A DNA stretch of 32,366 bases, from assembly GCA_964636085.1 (NCBI GenBank), contig CAZWPQ010000026.1:1-32366 (forward strand). Reading direction: 5' to 3'. A program made the translations under genes and the position numbers. How positions within the stretch are numbered: position 1 is the first letter of the stretch; the number at the start of each line of letters is the position of its first letter. This document shows positions 17,706 through 28,301 of this stretch, piece by piece. The notes beneath the pieces were generated by a model. The model saw nothing but the letters and a program-made list of their open reading frames with translations. It did no database searches and had not been told where the DNA came from. The DNA comes from an uncultured Nitrososphaerota archaeon (lineage in GTDB: Archaea; Asgardarchaeota; Njordarchaeia; Njordarchaeales; Panguiarchaeaceae).

Positions 17706-19808
17706 ATGGGTATCGATATAGGGGGAACATTCACAGATATAGTAGTCATAGAAAAGAAGACCGGGAAAATAGTGAAGTTAGAGAAGGTGTCTACAAACCC
17801 CAAAGAACCACACAAGACAGTCCTATCGGTAGTTAAGCAGATAGAGAAAAAAATAAGGGAAAACATCGAGCTATTAATTCACGCAACTACCATCGCAACA
17901 AATGTGCTCCTCGGTCAATTGGGACTCGAACTTCCAAGGTGCGCCCTAATAACCACGAGAGGTTTTAGGGATGTAATCGAAATAGGTAGACAGCGCCGCC
18001 CCAGACTATATGATCTATATTTTAAAAAACCAAAGCCATTGATTTCGAGAAAATACAGGATGGAGATAGATGAGCGTGTTAATTCGAGTGGCGAGATAAT
18101 CAAGAAGCCATCCTGGCAGGACATCGATGAAATAGCCAAAAAGATAATAAAGGAGAGGATAGTATCAGTCGCGATATGTCTAATAAATAGCTACATCAAC
18201 CCCAACAACGAGATAGTCATAAAGAATAGACTAAAACAACTGATACCAGAACTAATGATATCAACCAGTACAGAAATCGACAACCAATATAAAGAATTTG
18301 AACGAACAAGTACAACGGTTGTTAATGCAGTGCTGATGCCCATAGTCTCCGAGTACCTAACCAAGCTCAACAAATCGGTGAAAGGTCTATGTCCAAGAGC
18401 AAAACTATTAATTATGAAGAGTGATGGGGGAGTATCCACAGCAGATGTCATATCTAAGAAACCAGTAAGTATAATTGAAAGCGGCCCCGCTGCAGGGGTG
18501 ATAGCAACCTTATTCCTAGGAAAGATCCTAGGAAAACAAAATCTTATAAGCTTTGACATGGGTGGAACAACTGCCAAATCTGGAACTGTAGTGGATGGAG
18601 AGCCAGTAATTACCACGGAATATGAGGTTGGGGGAGAGATACATGCGGGGAGAATCGTAAAGGGTAGTGGATACCCCGTAAGATATCCATTCATTGACCT
18701 CGCGGAAGTATCATCGGGAGGGGGATCAATTATATGGGTCGACCAAGCGGGAGCACTAAAGGTGGGACCAATATCTGCCGGTGCCGATCCAGGACCAGCA
18801 TGCTATGGGAAGGGTGGTACAGATCCAACAATAACCGATGCAAATTTGATACTTGGAAGAATTGGAGAACAGACATTGCTTGGGGGGAATATGAAGATCT
18901 ATACCCATATGGCTATAAATGCTATGAGGAATAAGGTGAGTGAGAAAATAGGATTGGAGATTGAGGAGGCGGCTGTTGGGGCCATAAAAATAGCTAATAA
19001 CATAATGAGCAAAGTGATAAGAATAGTCACAATAGAAAGGGGTCTAGATCCACGCGATTTTGTTCTTGTAGCATTTGGTGGTGCGGGCCCCATGCATATA
19101 TGTCCCATTGCTGAGGAATTATCAATACAAGAAGTCATAGTTCCTATAGCCCCTGGATTATTCTCAGCGATAGGGCTATTAGCCACGGACATCAAACACA
19201 CTTATATCAAGCCAGTAATGAGGGCTACGGATGAGTTATGCATTGAGGATGTTAGGGAAATATTTAAGAGTATGATAGATGTAGCTATAGAGCATCTTAG
19301 TTCGATGGGATTTAGGGATGATAGAATAAAGTTTAGATGTATTCTAGATATGCGCTACATAGGGCAGGGGTATGAACTATTATTAGATGTGCCGCTGATA
19401 GAAACAATATCTATTCGTGATATAGAGGATCGCTTCCACAGACTCCATGAATCCGTGTATGGGTATTCTATCGCTGGGGAGGGAATAGAGATAATCAACG
19501 CAAGACTGGAGGCCTTTGGATTGATGGATGAAATTTGTCTCGAGAGAATTAAGAGAAGAAATAGAATTAACCCAAAAGACGCAATAAAAGAACGTAGGTT
19601 ATGTTTCTTTGAGAGTATTGATGATTTCGTTAATACACCAATCTATGATAAGTCAAGATTGTATGCGGGGGACAAAATAGAGGGCCCAGCAATAGTAGAG
19701 TACTATGATGCAACAGTAGTGATATATCCTAGCTGGAATGCAGAAGTGGATGATTATGGAAACATTATTATGAGGATCGAAAGACATGACCGACATAATA
19801 ACGGTTGA
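17706..19808 (+). CDS. Hydantoinase A / 5-oxoprolinase subunit A family (ATP-dependent)
   Basis: GIDIGGTFTD, HATT.ATN, T.GFRD, E.ER.ST..NA, ESGPAAG, DMGGTT, SAGADPGPACYG.GG..PT.TDA, AFGGAGP.H, MRY.GQ.YEL, GPAIVE. Confidence 0.95.
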   Translation: MGIDIGGTFTDIVVIEKKTGKIVKLEKVSTNPKEPHKTVLSVVKQIEKKIRENIELLIHATTIATNVLLGQLGLELPRCALITTRGFRDVIEIGRQRRPRLYDLYFKKPKPLISRKYRMEIDERVNSSGEIIKKPSWQDIDEIAKKIIKERIVSVAICLINSYINPNNEIVIKNRLKQLIPELMISTSTEIDNQYKEFERTSTTVVNAVLMPIVSEYLTKLNKSVKGLCPRAKLLIMKSDGGVSTADVISKKPVSIIESGPAAGVIATLFLGKILGKQNLISFDMGGTTAKSGTVVDGEPVITTEYEVGGEIHAGRIVKGSGYPVRYPFIDLAEVSSGGGSIIWVDQAGALKVGPISAGADPGPACYGKGGTDPTITDANLILGRIGEQTLLGGNMKIYTHMAINAMRNKVSEKIGLEIEEAAVGAIKIANNIMSKVIRIVTIERGLDPRDFVLVAFGGAGPMHICPIAEELSIQEVIVPIAPGLFSAIGLLATDIKHTYIKPVMRATDELCIEDVREIFKSMIDVAIEHLSSMGFRDDRIKFRCILDMRYIGQGYELLLDVPLIETISIRDIEDRFHRLHESVYGYSIAGEGIEIINARLEAFGLMDEICLERIKRRNRINPKDAIKERRLCFFESIDDFVNTPIYDKSRLYAGDKIEGPAIVEYYDATVVIYPSWNAEVDDYGNIIMRIERHDRHNNG

Positions 19809-21450
19809 GATAATACGTAACTCCCTCGAATACATAGCTGAGGAGATGGGGATAGTCCTCAGGAACTCTGCATATTCCCCAAATATAAAGGAAAGAATGG
19901 ATCACAGTTGTGCTATATTTGATTCCGAATGCCGTTTATTGGCCCATGCGGAGCATATACCAGTACATTTGGGAGCCATGCCTCTCGGGGTTAAAAAGGC
20001 CTTGGAAACAATAGACTATGTTGAGGAGGGGGATATGGTTGTGTTTAATGATCCATATATAGGGGGGACACATCTCCCTGACATAACGTTGGTGGCTCCA
20101 GTATTCTTCAATAAAAATTTGATTGGTTATGTAGCGAATAGAGCTCATCATAGCGACATTGGTGGGAAGACCCCGGGTTCGATGCCGGGAGATGCCATAG
20201 AGATCTACGAGGAAGGCCTTGTAATTCCACCAGTAAAATTGGTGAGAAGGGGGATTGTAGACAGGGATATTCTAAATATTATATGTTCGAATGCTAGGAC
20301 GCCGGATACGAGGAAGGGGGATATACTTGCACAAATCGCCGCAAATAAGCGGGGGATTAATAGGATACAGAAAATATTATGGAAGTATGGAACATCCACA
20401 TTTATAGAATCTGTCGATGAAATACTAAACTATTCGGAAAGACTAGCCAGAATAGAGATTTCAAAGTTGCCTAGGCATATGTGTGAGGCTGTTGACTATC
20501 TCGATGATGGAGGGCCTGCTTGGAATAAGCCAATAAAAATTCATGTGTCGGTAAAAATAGAGGGAGATAACATAGTTTTCGATTTCACGAAAAGCGATGA
20601 CAACGTGCCATCTCCAGTTAATGCCACGCGGGCGGTCACAACATCATGCGTGTACTATGTCTTTAAATGCACGATAGCTAGGGAAATACCATCAAACGAT
20701 GGGACATACAGGCCCGTAAGGGTAATAACGAGGGAGGGAAGTATTGTTGATACGAAGCATCCCTATGCTGTCTCTGGCGGGAACGTGGAAACATCTCAGA
20801 GAATTGTAGATGTGTTATTTAAAGCATTGTCAAAAATTATTCCGGATATAATACCCGCCGCCTCTCAGGGCACGATGAATAATATATCTTTCGGTGGGAT
20901 GAATCCAAAAACTAGAAAAGTATTTACATTCTATGAGACCATTGGGGGGGGCTGTGGTGCTAGACCCGGAATGGATGGTGTAGATGGGGTCCATACGCAT
21001 ATGACAAATACAATGAATACTCCTATTGAGGAGATTGAGCGGATATGTCCAATAATGATAGAGGAGTATTCTTTGCGTGAAGACAGCTGTGGGGCTGGCC
21101 GGTGGAGGGGTGGTTTGGGGATTGTTAGGAAATATAGGATACTTGCCCCAATGAGAGTGTCGTTAATGGGGGATCGCCACAGGTATTCGCCATGGGGGCT
21201 CAAGGGAGGGAAAAATGGTGCTCCAGGGGAATATATTCTTATTAGGGGATCCAAATCTATCAGGCTGGGTAGCAAAGAAACACTAAACCTTGTACCCGGA
21301 GATCTTCTTGTCATAAAAACTCCTGGTGGGGGAGGTCATGGGGATCCGGAGCTTAGAGATGTAAAGTCTATTATGATGGATATAGAGGAGGGTAAGATAT
21401 CCAAAAAATATGTATACGAAAATTATCCCCAAATAAGATCATTCTCCTAG
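19786..21450 (+). CDS. Hydantoinase B / 5-oxoprolinase subunit B family
   Basis: S.NIKER.D.SCA, PVHLG.M, NDPY.GGTHLPD, HH.DIGG..PGSM, GGNVET, YETIGGG.GA, HMTNT.NTP.E, G.G..RGG.G, TPGGGG.GDP. Confidence 0.95.
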   Translation: MTDIITVEIIRNSLEYIAEEMGIVLRNSAYSPNIKERMDHSCAIFDSECRLLAHAEHIPVHLGAMPLGVKKALETIDYVEEGDMVVFNDPYIGGTHLPDITLVAPVFFNKNLIGYVANRAHHSDIGGKTPGSMPGDAIEIYEEGLVIPPVKLVRRGIVDRDILNIICSNARTPDTRKGDILAQIAANKRGINRIQKILWKYGTSTFIESVDEILNYSERLARIEISKLPRHMCEAVDYLDDGGPAWNKPIKIHVSVKIEGDNIVFDFTKSDDNVPSPVNATRAVTTSCVYYVFKCTIAREIPSNDGTYRPVRVITREGSIVDTKHPYAVSGGNVETSQRIVDVLFKALSKIIPDIIPAASQGTMNNISFGGMNPKTRKVFTFYETIGGGCGARPGMDGVDGVHTHMTNTMNTPIEEIERICPIMIEEYSLREDSCGAGRWRGGLGIVRKYRILAPMRVSLMGDRHRYSPWGLKGGKNGAPGEYILIRGSKSIRLGSKETLNLVPGDLLVIKTPGGGGHGDPELRDVKSIMMDIEEGKISKKYVYENYPQIRSFS

Positions 21451-22182
21451 TGCCTCCAGAAGGGCCCTTCTGAACTCGTCTGGGCGTTCTAGCATAACAT
21501 TGTGTCCTGAATTCTCAATGATTATGGTTCTATCGCATAGGCTAAAGTATGTCTCCTTTTGTATTTCCGTTGAAACGATCTTATCGTGGGATGGTATTAT
21601 CGCTATTTTTTCGGCCTTTATTTCCTCTAGGTCTTCTATAATAGATGTGTTATTGAAGGCTTTCAAGTATTTTATGTAGGCTATTTTGCTTCCTTTTGCA
21701 GATTCGCTCCATATGAATTTTAGGATATCTTCTTTTGGTTCGTAGAGCGTCTTTGGGGTGAACATTTTACGCATTAGGGGGTTCAAAAACAATAGCATGA
21801 ACCCAGTGAATAATCTTCTTGCAAAACTCATTTTGAATACTGGTGGTGTCGCAACAAGTATAAGCTTCCTTACATTATAATCCGTAAACATCGAAGCGAA
21901 TTTTGTAGCGATGATTCCTCCTAGGCTATGACCGATAATGCTAAGCTCTCTTATCCCAAGTCCTGCGAGGAGTTCATTGACATCTAACATGATTCTATCA
22001 AAAGTATATTTCTTGGATCTATCCGATTCCCCATGGCCTCTTAAATCGAATAAAATGATGCGGTAATTCTCTAGATCTCTAATAGGATTCCAGAAGTTTC
22101 TTGTTGCGGCCCATCCATGTATAAATACTAGGGGAAAACCATAACCCATATCCTCATAAGCTATTTTAATATGGTCCGACAT
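21439..22182 (-). CDS. Alpha/beta-fold hydrolase
   Basis: PLVFIHGW, DLRGHG.S, nucleophile elbow GHSLGG, acid D in HDKIV, catalytic His in SGHNVMLE. Start set at MSDHIK (22182). Confidence 0.92.
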   Translation of the reverse strand: MSDHIKIAYEDMGYGFPLVFIHGWAATRNFWNPIRDLENYRIILFDLRGHGESDRSKKYTFDRIMLDVNELLAGLGIRELSIIGHSLGGIIATKFASMFTDYNVRKLILVATPPVFKMSFARRLFTGFMLLFLNPLMRKMFTPKTLYEPKEDILKFIWSESAKGSKIAYIKYLKAFNNTSIIEDLEEIKAEKIAIIPSHDKIVSTEIQKETYFSLCDRTIIIENSGHNVMLERPDEFRRALLEALGE

Positions 22183-22342
22183 TATTGCTAGACTAGCCAA
22201 AGTGATCACCAAGATATCCATCGATTGTTAAACTGTAAGCATTTAGATAAAACTAAATGAGATATGAAAAAGGGTTAATTAAATATAGTCAGTTTCCTTT
22301 AAATAGTTGTGATAATTTATAAGTTATAATATTCAGAAAAAT

Positions 22343-25300
22343 TTGTTTGGTCTGGTGAAGATTCTGGCGAGGAAGTCGGATCTTGACTGGCGACTCAAGG
22401 CTAAGCCTCCGCCAATAATATTCAACAATGCGTGCCCCAATTGTAACATGGAGATAAGTAGTGATCGCTTAATTCTAGGGGTTCCATGCAAGAAATGTCT
22501 AAATATGGCTCTTGGAGAGATAAAGAAAGCCAAGAAGAAGATGTCTAGGATAGAGTTCCTTAAATTCATAGATGGGAAAATGGACTATAGCAGGGGAGAC
22601 GGATTTAAAAGACTAGTGAAGCTAGAACTTGAGGTTGATTTCATAGAAAACATATCAAAACGAATTAGTGGTAATAGACTGTGGAGCGCCCAGAGAACAT
22701 GGGCGAAGAGGCTCGTCAAGGGGATAAGTTTCTCCATAACAGCACCAACTGGTCTAGGTAAGACATATTTTGGTATGGTCTCGGCCATATATATGGCTCT
22801 AAGAGGTAAAAAAACATTAATCGTCGTACCTACCGCTGCATTGGTTAGTCATGTTCTCAAGAAATTAAGGGAGTATATCGAGAAAATCGGTGAGGACATA
22901 ACATGTATAGGCTATCATGCAAGGATGTCTAGTTCGGACAAAAAGGAGTTTTTGAAAAGCATCACCTCTGGGGACTTTGATATAATGGTTATCACATCCA
23001 AGTTTCTAGCCCGTAGGTTTGGGTTAATTGAGAAGATGCTATTTGATTTGGTGTTTGTTGACGATGTGGATGCGTTGTTGAAATCGTCAAAGAACATAGA
23101 TAGGGTCCTACTCCTAGTAGGCTTCACCCAAAAACATATAGAGAAAGCATTGGATCTCGTCAGGAGAAAGCAAAACTTTATGTATCTACCCAAAAAATCT
23201 AGGGAGAAGTTACTAGAATTAACACGCAAATTTAGGGAGGAGCTAAATGAGTATAGGAGTAAGAACCCAGTTGGGCAGGTGATAATTGCCTCTGCTACTG
23301 GTGCAGCTAGAGGACTTAGAGTGAAGATACTGCGGGAACTATTGAACTTTACAATCGGCTCCACTAGGGGGGGACTAAGAAACATTGTTGACTCCTACTA
23401 TATCATGAGGAAGGGCGAAAAGGATGTCGTAAAGGGATTGGTGGAGAAACTGGGTCGAGGCGGAATAATATTTATACATAGAATCAACAGAAAACTTGTC
23501 GAAAAATTAATCAGGGATATTGGGGGCCTTGGATTCAGTGTTGGTGACGCGACGAAACAAGTCAACATAGACGAGCTGATAGAAAAATTTGCTACTGGCG
23601 AGCTCGATATACTCATAGGGGCGGCCTCGTATTATGGCAAGCTTGCTCGAGGTCTTGATATACCACAACTAATTAGATATGCAATATTCGTTGGCGTCCC
23701 CCACTTTAAATTCCCCCTTGAGGTAAACGAGAGAACACATCCAGTCAAGGGCTTTATTATACTAAATGAAGTTGTGGAGTATGTAAAGGATAAAAGTCTC
23801 AAAGGTAATATACTTAGGCTGATCAGTAGTTTTAGATCGAAGTTCATGAGATTAAAGATGACTACCAAACAACAGATAATACAGGCCATCATGGAGGGCG
23901 AGAAATTACAGAGCAAAAGACTGGAATCCATAAAGAATTTATGTCTAGATGTATTGAGGATGGCGGCCAGATTACTAAGGGACGAAGAGATAGTCAGAGA
24001 ACTAAAGAGAAGCCCATTTGTGGAGATAAGGGAGAAAAATGGGAGATTGTTCATATATATTCCGGATGCAAAAACATATATTCAGGGCTCAGGAAGAACT
24101 TCTAGACTTTATGCGGGGGGGATAACGAAGGGGTTGGCTGTAGTGGTAACCAAGAGGAGAAAACTATTAGAAGCGCTTAAGCGGAGGGTCAGATGGTATC
24201 TAGAAAAAATTGAGTGGAAAGATTTTAGAGAACTAAATCTGCAGAAGATCATTAAGGAAATAGACAAGGACAGAGAGACCGTAAAGGCCATATTGGAGGG
24301 TAGAATATCTAAGGAATTTAAGGAGCTAACAAGATCAGCATTGGTTATTGTTGAGTCTCCAACAAAGGCAAAGACTATTGCTAGATTCTTTGGTAGGCCG
24401 GCTAGAAGACTTGTGGGCGGGTTTTTGGCGTATGAGGTCGCAACAGGGGACTATATCCTCAATATAATAGCCACGAGGGGGCACATATATGACTTGGTCT
24501 TGGCAGACATAGACATGGCCGATTTTGAAGTACTTAAGAAATTCTTTAATATAACTTCATATCTATATGGCGTTAAAGTTGTGAAGAAAAGAAACAAGAA
24601 GTATGTATATGTGCCAGAGTATGATGTTCTAGGAATATGTAGAGAATGTGGAAAACGTTTCACTGGGAAGTATAAGAAGTGTCCAAGATGTGGCAAGACT
24701 AACGTCATATCTCAATGGGAGATATTGGACGCCCTTAGGGAAGTGGCTAATGAGGTTGATGAAATATTAATAGCCACGGATCCAGACTCTGAGGGTGAAA
24801 AAATAGGGTTTGATATAGCATTATTACTCGCTCCATATGCCGATAAAATTAAGAGGATCGAGTATCACGCTGTGACCCTAGCAGAGATAAGGAATGCTCT
24901 GAAAAATCCAAGAGAAATAGACCTAAAGAGAGTTGAGGCGCAGTTGGTTCGTAGAATTTTGGATAGGTGGGTCGGTTTTGCATTTAGCCACTTACTGTGG
25001 CGTGTTAGACGCATCAAGAATAAGTTTTATGCATACTCTGCGGGCCGTGTCCAGACACCTGTTCTCGGGTGGATTATAGATAGATTCAATGAATATAAGA
25101 AAAACAAGACATATATTTATATTCTAACGCTATCTAATGGATATACCGTCGCATTTGAAGAAGATCAGATACCTAGGGAGCGCTGGGAGGCTCTCAAAGG
25201 AGCTAAAGTTAAGGTAGATATTCGCGACGAACAGGTGCAAGTACTTAATCCTCCACCGCCATATAATACTGCTGATTTTCTAAAAGATATATCCATGCAA

Positions 25301-26278
25301 CTTAGAATATCCTCAACGGAGGCTATGAGAATTCTTCAAGAGCTCTTCGAATCAGGACTAATCACATATCATAGAACAGATTCTACACGAGTAAGTCCTG
25401 AAGGGATAAATGTAGCAAAAGAGTACATCCAGAACGCGTTTGGCGATCTATCGCTGTTCCAGCCTAGGAAATGGGGAGGTGATGAGGAGGGCGCTCATGA
25501 ATGTATAAGACCAACAATGCCTGTGACGGCTGATACACTGGTAAGAATGTTGCAGACTGGCGAACTTGTACTTGCAATAAGGTTTACTAAAAGACACTAT
25601 GCGGTATACCAGCAAATATTTAAGAGGTTTATTGCCAGTCAAATGGTTCCAGCCAAGATCAAGAGGGCAAAGATAGATCTCATATTTGATGAAGATATAC
25701 GCACCGCAATAGAAGGAATAACTGATATTGTGGAGAAAGGTTTTACAAGTGTATATTCACTAAATACATTGCCTCGCTTTGGTGATGGGATTTCTGTGGA
25801 CAAAGTCGATAGAATAAAGATAAGTAAGACTCCTCTATTCACAGAAAGCGATGTAATAGAGATGATGAGAAAGGAGGGGATAGGTAGACCCTCAACATAT
25901 GCCATAATTCTAGATATTTTGTTCAAGAGAGGCTATATAAAAGCAAGCCCATTCAAAAAGAAGATATTCCCACTAAAAAGAGGCATTAAGATATATGAAA
26001 TATTGGTGAAGAGAGTAAATACATATGCTAGGAAGCTAAAGAAGATAGATGAGAGCCTTGCTGAGGAACTTAAAAAATTCATAACGGTCGAGGGGACAAG
26101 AGAACTGGAGCGAGAGATGGATGAAATCGAGAAAGGCGAGATTAATTATCAGGATGTTCTTATGAGAATACACATGGCGCTTAAGGCTTTGCTAAAGGAT
26201 CTTAGGAAATATTATAGGAAAGAATTACTCCCAAGACTTGAACAAAAAATACAGGCGATGAAGAAATCTACTTCATGA
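22343..26278 (+). CDS. rgy: Reverse gyrase
   Basis: N-terminal Zn finger CPNC..CKKC, helicase motifs APTGLGKT, DDVD, SAT, RGLD.P, YIQ.SGRTSRL. Topo IA motifs IVESP.KA, second Zn finger CREC..CPRC, ATDPD.EGE, SAGRVQTP, catalytic ITYHRTDS, GIGRPSTY. Confidence 0.98.
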   Translation: MFGLVKILARKSDLDWRLKAKPPPIIFNNACPNCNMEISSDRLILGVPCKKCLNMALGEIKKAKKKMSRIEFLKFIDGKMDYSRGDGFKRLVKLELEVDFIENISKRISGNRLWSAQRTWAKRLVKGISFSITAPTGLGKTYFGMVSAIYMALRGKKTLIVVPTAALVSHVLKKLREYIEKIGEDITCIGYHARMSSSDKKEFLKSITSGDFDIMVITSKFLARRFGLIEKMLFDLVFVDDVDALLKSSKNIDRVLLLVGFTQKHIEKALDLVRRKQNFMYLPKKSREKLLELTRKFREELNEYRSKNPVGQVIIASATGAARGLRVKILRELLNFTIGSTRGGLRNIVDSYYIMRKGEKDVVKGLVEKLGRGGIIFIHRINRKLVEKLIRDIGGLGFSVGDATKQVNIDELIEKFATGELDILIGAASYYGKLARGLDIPQLIRYAIFVGVPHFKFPLEVNERTHPVKGFIILNEVVEYVKDKSLKGNILRLISSFRSKFMRLKMTTKQQIIQAIMEGEKLQSKRLESIKNLCLDVLRMAARLLRDEEIVRELKRSPFVEIREKNGRLFIYIPDAKTYIQGSGRTSRLYAGGITKGLAVVVTKRRKLLEALKRRVRWYLEKIEWKDFRELNLQKIIKEIDKDRETVKAILEGRISKEFKELTRSALVIVESPTKAKTIARFFGRPARRLVGGFLAYEVATGDYILNIIATRGHIYDLVLADIDMADFEVLKKFFNITSYLYGVKVVKKRNKKYVYVPEYDVLGICRECGKRFTGKYKKCPRCGKTNVISQWEILDALREVANEVDEILIATDPDSEGEKIGFDIALLLAPYADKIKRIEYHAVTLAEIRNALKNPREIDLKRVEAQLVRRILDRWVGFAFSHLLWRVRRIKNKFYAYSAGRVQTPVLGWIIDRFNEYKKNKTYIYILTLSNGYTVAFEEDQIPRERWEALKGAKVKVDIRDEQVQVLNPPPPYNTADFLKDISMQLRISSTEAMRILQELFESGLITYHRTDSTRVSPEGINVAKEYIQNAFGDLSLFQPRKWGGDEEGAHECIRPTMPVTADTLVRMLQTGELVLAIRFTKRHYAVYQQIFKRFIASQMVPAKIKRAKIDLIFDEDIRTAIEGITDIVEKGFTSVYSLNTLPRFGDGISVDKVDRIKISKTPLFTESDVIEMMRKEGIGRPSTYAIILDILFKRGYIKASPFKKKIFPLKRGIKIYEILVKRVNTYARKLKKIDESLAEELKKFITVEGTRELEREMDEIEKGEINYQDVLMRIHMALKALLKDLRKYYRKELLPRLEQKIQAMKKSTS

Positions 26279-27620
26279 ATTTTTCTTCCCATTCCCTAAG
26301 GTGTTTAACGCTCTCCTCAATACTTGCGAATCTCTCTCTTGCAGATTCAACATCCTCCACATTAATCTTGTCTCTTCCATAAAGCTTAGCTCTCTCCCAT
26401 GCAGGAGCCATCAACTGGATAGCATATCTAAGACTAATCTCAGATCCAAGCTTTGTTAGTAGTTCTAGGGCCTTGTCGTCAATTTGGATGTTTTCCTCCT
26501 TAGCTCTAATCTTGAGGATTTCCTTAATCTCCTCAGGCTCATATGGCTCTGTAGGTATTATCAGGAGCCTGTCCAGCAGGTCTAAAGGCATACCATGGGG
26601 CGAAACTATGTCTGTGCCTCTTATCTTGGCGAACCCTCTGTTGGACGCCATTATAACAATGGGGGCAAGCTCGGATTCAAGAGCCCTATTAAGGAAGCTG
26701 AAGCTCTCTATATCGAGCATATGTATCTCGTCAATAAATAATACGCCTGGGATTATCTCGGCACGTCCCTCTTCAACGGACTCTTTCACCAATTTATCGA
26801 CACGCATTCGCGTTTCTGGATCTATCTCTTTTCTTTCCTCTCTACCCCCAAACAATAGGCTAAAAAATCCACCACTAGAGCGTTTATGAAACATTTCATC
26901 TAGTTCATCCAATGTTGTCATGTATATAAATTCTCTCTGCTTTTCTACGGGTCCCTCTGGAACATCAACTACTGGTATGCGTCCAATATCATAGTGTGCC
27001 TCAGTAGCCTCCTTGCTCACACCTAATACGCTTACATGACCCCCCTCCTTATCTATCATTATGACTATCCCCTCCTTCACGCCCTTTGATATCATTTCTT
27101 GGGCTACGCTTGGACCAACAGTATACGTTACCTTCTCATTTTTTGTCCTAAGGGTGATCCTAGCCTCTTTTACGATTCTCTGGTATGGATTGTATGGATG
27201 CTGGGTGAAGTGAGGCTCAAATTTTTCTACAACGCCTTCAAGAACCCATCTATTTTCTCTGAATCTAACACCAATTGCTTTTCTAAGGGCTCTTATTAGC
27301 ACCTCAGTTTTTGATACCTCTGCTGAGTATATCTGTGATCCAGAGAGCTGGACAAATGGTACGTCTTCTCCAAGTTCCCTAGCGATACCAACAGCGATGG
27401 CGGTTTTTCCTGTTCCAGGAGGGCCAGCCAGTAGAATTGCTCTTCCAGCCATTTTTCCTTCCTTTATAAGTTTTACAATAAGACCTGCCGCCTCTCGTGC
27501 CTTTGTTTGACCTACCATTCCATCTCCAATGAATTTAGCTCTCCCCTTCTCATCAAGTCCAAGACCCTTTATATGTGAATGAGCTCCAATGCGAGCGAAA
27601 GCCCTCATTATCGAGGCCAT
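26268..27620 (-). CDS. tip49: TIP49 / RuvB-like (Rvb1/Rvb2, pontin/reptin) AAA+ ATPase
   Basis: AHSHIKGLGL, GMVGQ..AREAAG, GPPGTGKTA, PGVLFIDE.HMLDIE.F..LNRALES..AP, SPHG.P.DLLDRL, SLRYA.QL. GGTGA RBS. Confidence 0.96.
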   Translation of the reverse strand: MASIMRAFARIGAHSHIKGLGLDEKGRAKFIGDGMVGQTKAREAAGLIVKLIKEGKMAGRAILLAGPPGTGKTAIAVGIARELGEDVPFVQLSGSQIYSAEVSKTEVLIRALRKAIGVRFRENRWVLEGVVEKFEPHFTQHPYNPYQRIVKEARITLRTKNEKVTYTVGPSVAQEMISKGVKEGIVIMIDKEGGHVSVLGVSKEATEAHYDIGRIPVVDVPEGPVEKQREFIYMTTLDELDEMFHKRSSGGFFSLLFGGREERKEIDPETRMRVDKLVKESVEEGRAEIIPGVLFIDEIHMLDIESFSFLNRALESELAPIVIMASNRGFAKIRGTDIVSPHGMPLDLLDRLLIIPTEPYEPEEIKEILKIRAKEENIQIDDKALELLTKLGSEISLRYAIQLMAPAWERAKLYGRDKINVEDVESARERFASIEESVKHLREWEEKFMK

Positions 27621-27743
27621 AGAATCACCGAGTTGACCATTTTTTTATAAGCTTTATGTCTTTAAAAAGAAAAAATAAGTATTAAGATGTATCTTTATTA
27701 AAGTATTATAGGGACATAACCTATACTTTTATTGGTGGCATGC

Positions 27744-28301
27744 GTGACGGAGGAGAAATATATTACTGCTAAGCAAGCAGCAAGGATGCTAGGGGTTCAT
27801 CCAATAACTCTGTATAGATGGGCAAAAGAGGGGAAGATTAAGTATATAAAAACCCCAACGGGGAGACTTAGGTACCCATTATCTGAGATTGAGAGGCTTA
27901 AGTCCACGTATTGTGGAAAAGATAATGTGGTGATATATGCTAGGGTAAGTGATAGAAAACTCGTTGAGAGCGGATTCTTAGATAGGCAAGTAGATTATCT
28001 TCGCGACTATGCTAGAAAGCAAGGGTATAATGTCATCGAAATTATAAAGGATGTGGCTTTAGTAGGTAAGCGTAGTTTGGCCAGATTATTCAACTTGGCC
28101 GTTACTGGGAGAATTGGGAGAATAATAGTAGTTAGTCTTGATAGACTAATGCCGATATTTCCAGAGGTGTTTAGAGATATACTAAAAGTGATCGGTGTGG
28201 AGGTAGAGATCGTATATCTTTCCGATCCCGACCTGGAGATCGATAGAAAAATAGGTTTTATTGACATGATATCCCAATATTTAAGGCGAGGAAAAATTTG
28301 A
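27744..28301 (+). CDS. IS607-family TnpA-like protein (MerR-type HTH + serine recombinase domain), solo and degenerate
   Basis: AA..LGVH..TL.RW...GKI...TP.G..RY HTH, YARVS catalytic motif, L.RQ, DRL. Lacks D.GSG, the second Arg of DRLxR and the C-terminal F..RLYG. No adjacent tnpB. Confidence 0.8.
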   Translation: MTEEKYITAKQAARMLGVHPITLYRWAKEGKIKYIKTPTGRLRYPLSEIERLKSTYCGKDNVVIYARVSDRKLVESGFLDRQVDYLRDYARKQGYNVIEIIKDVALVGKRSLARLFNLAVTGRIGRIIVVSLDRLMPIFPEVFRDILKVIGVEVEIVYLSDPDLEIDRKIGFIDMISQYLRRGKI

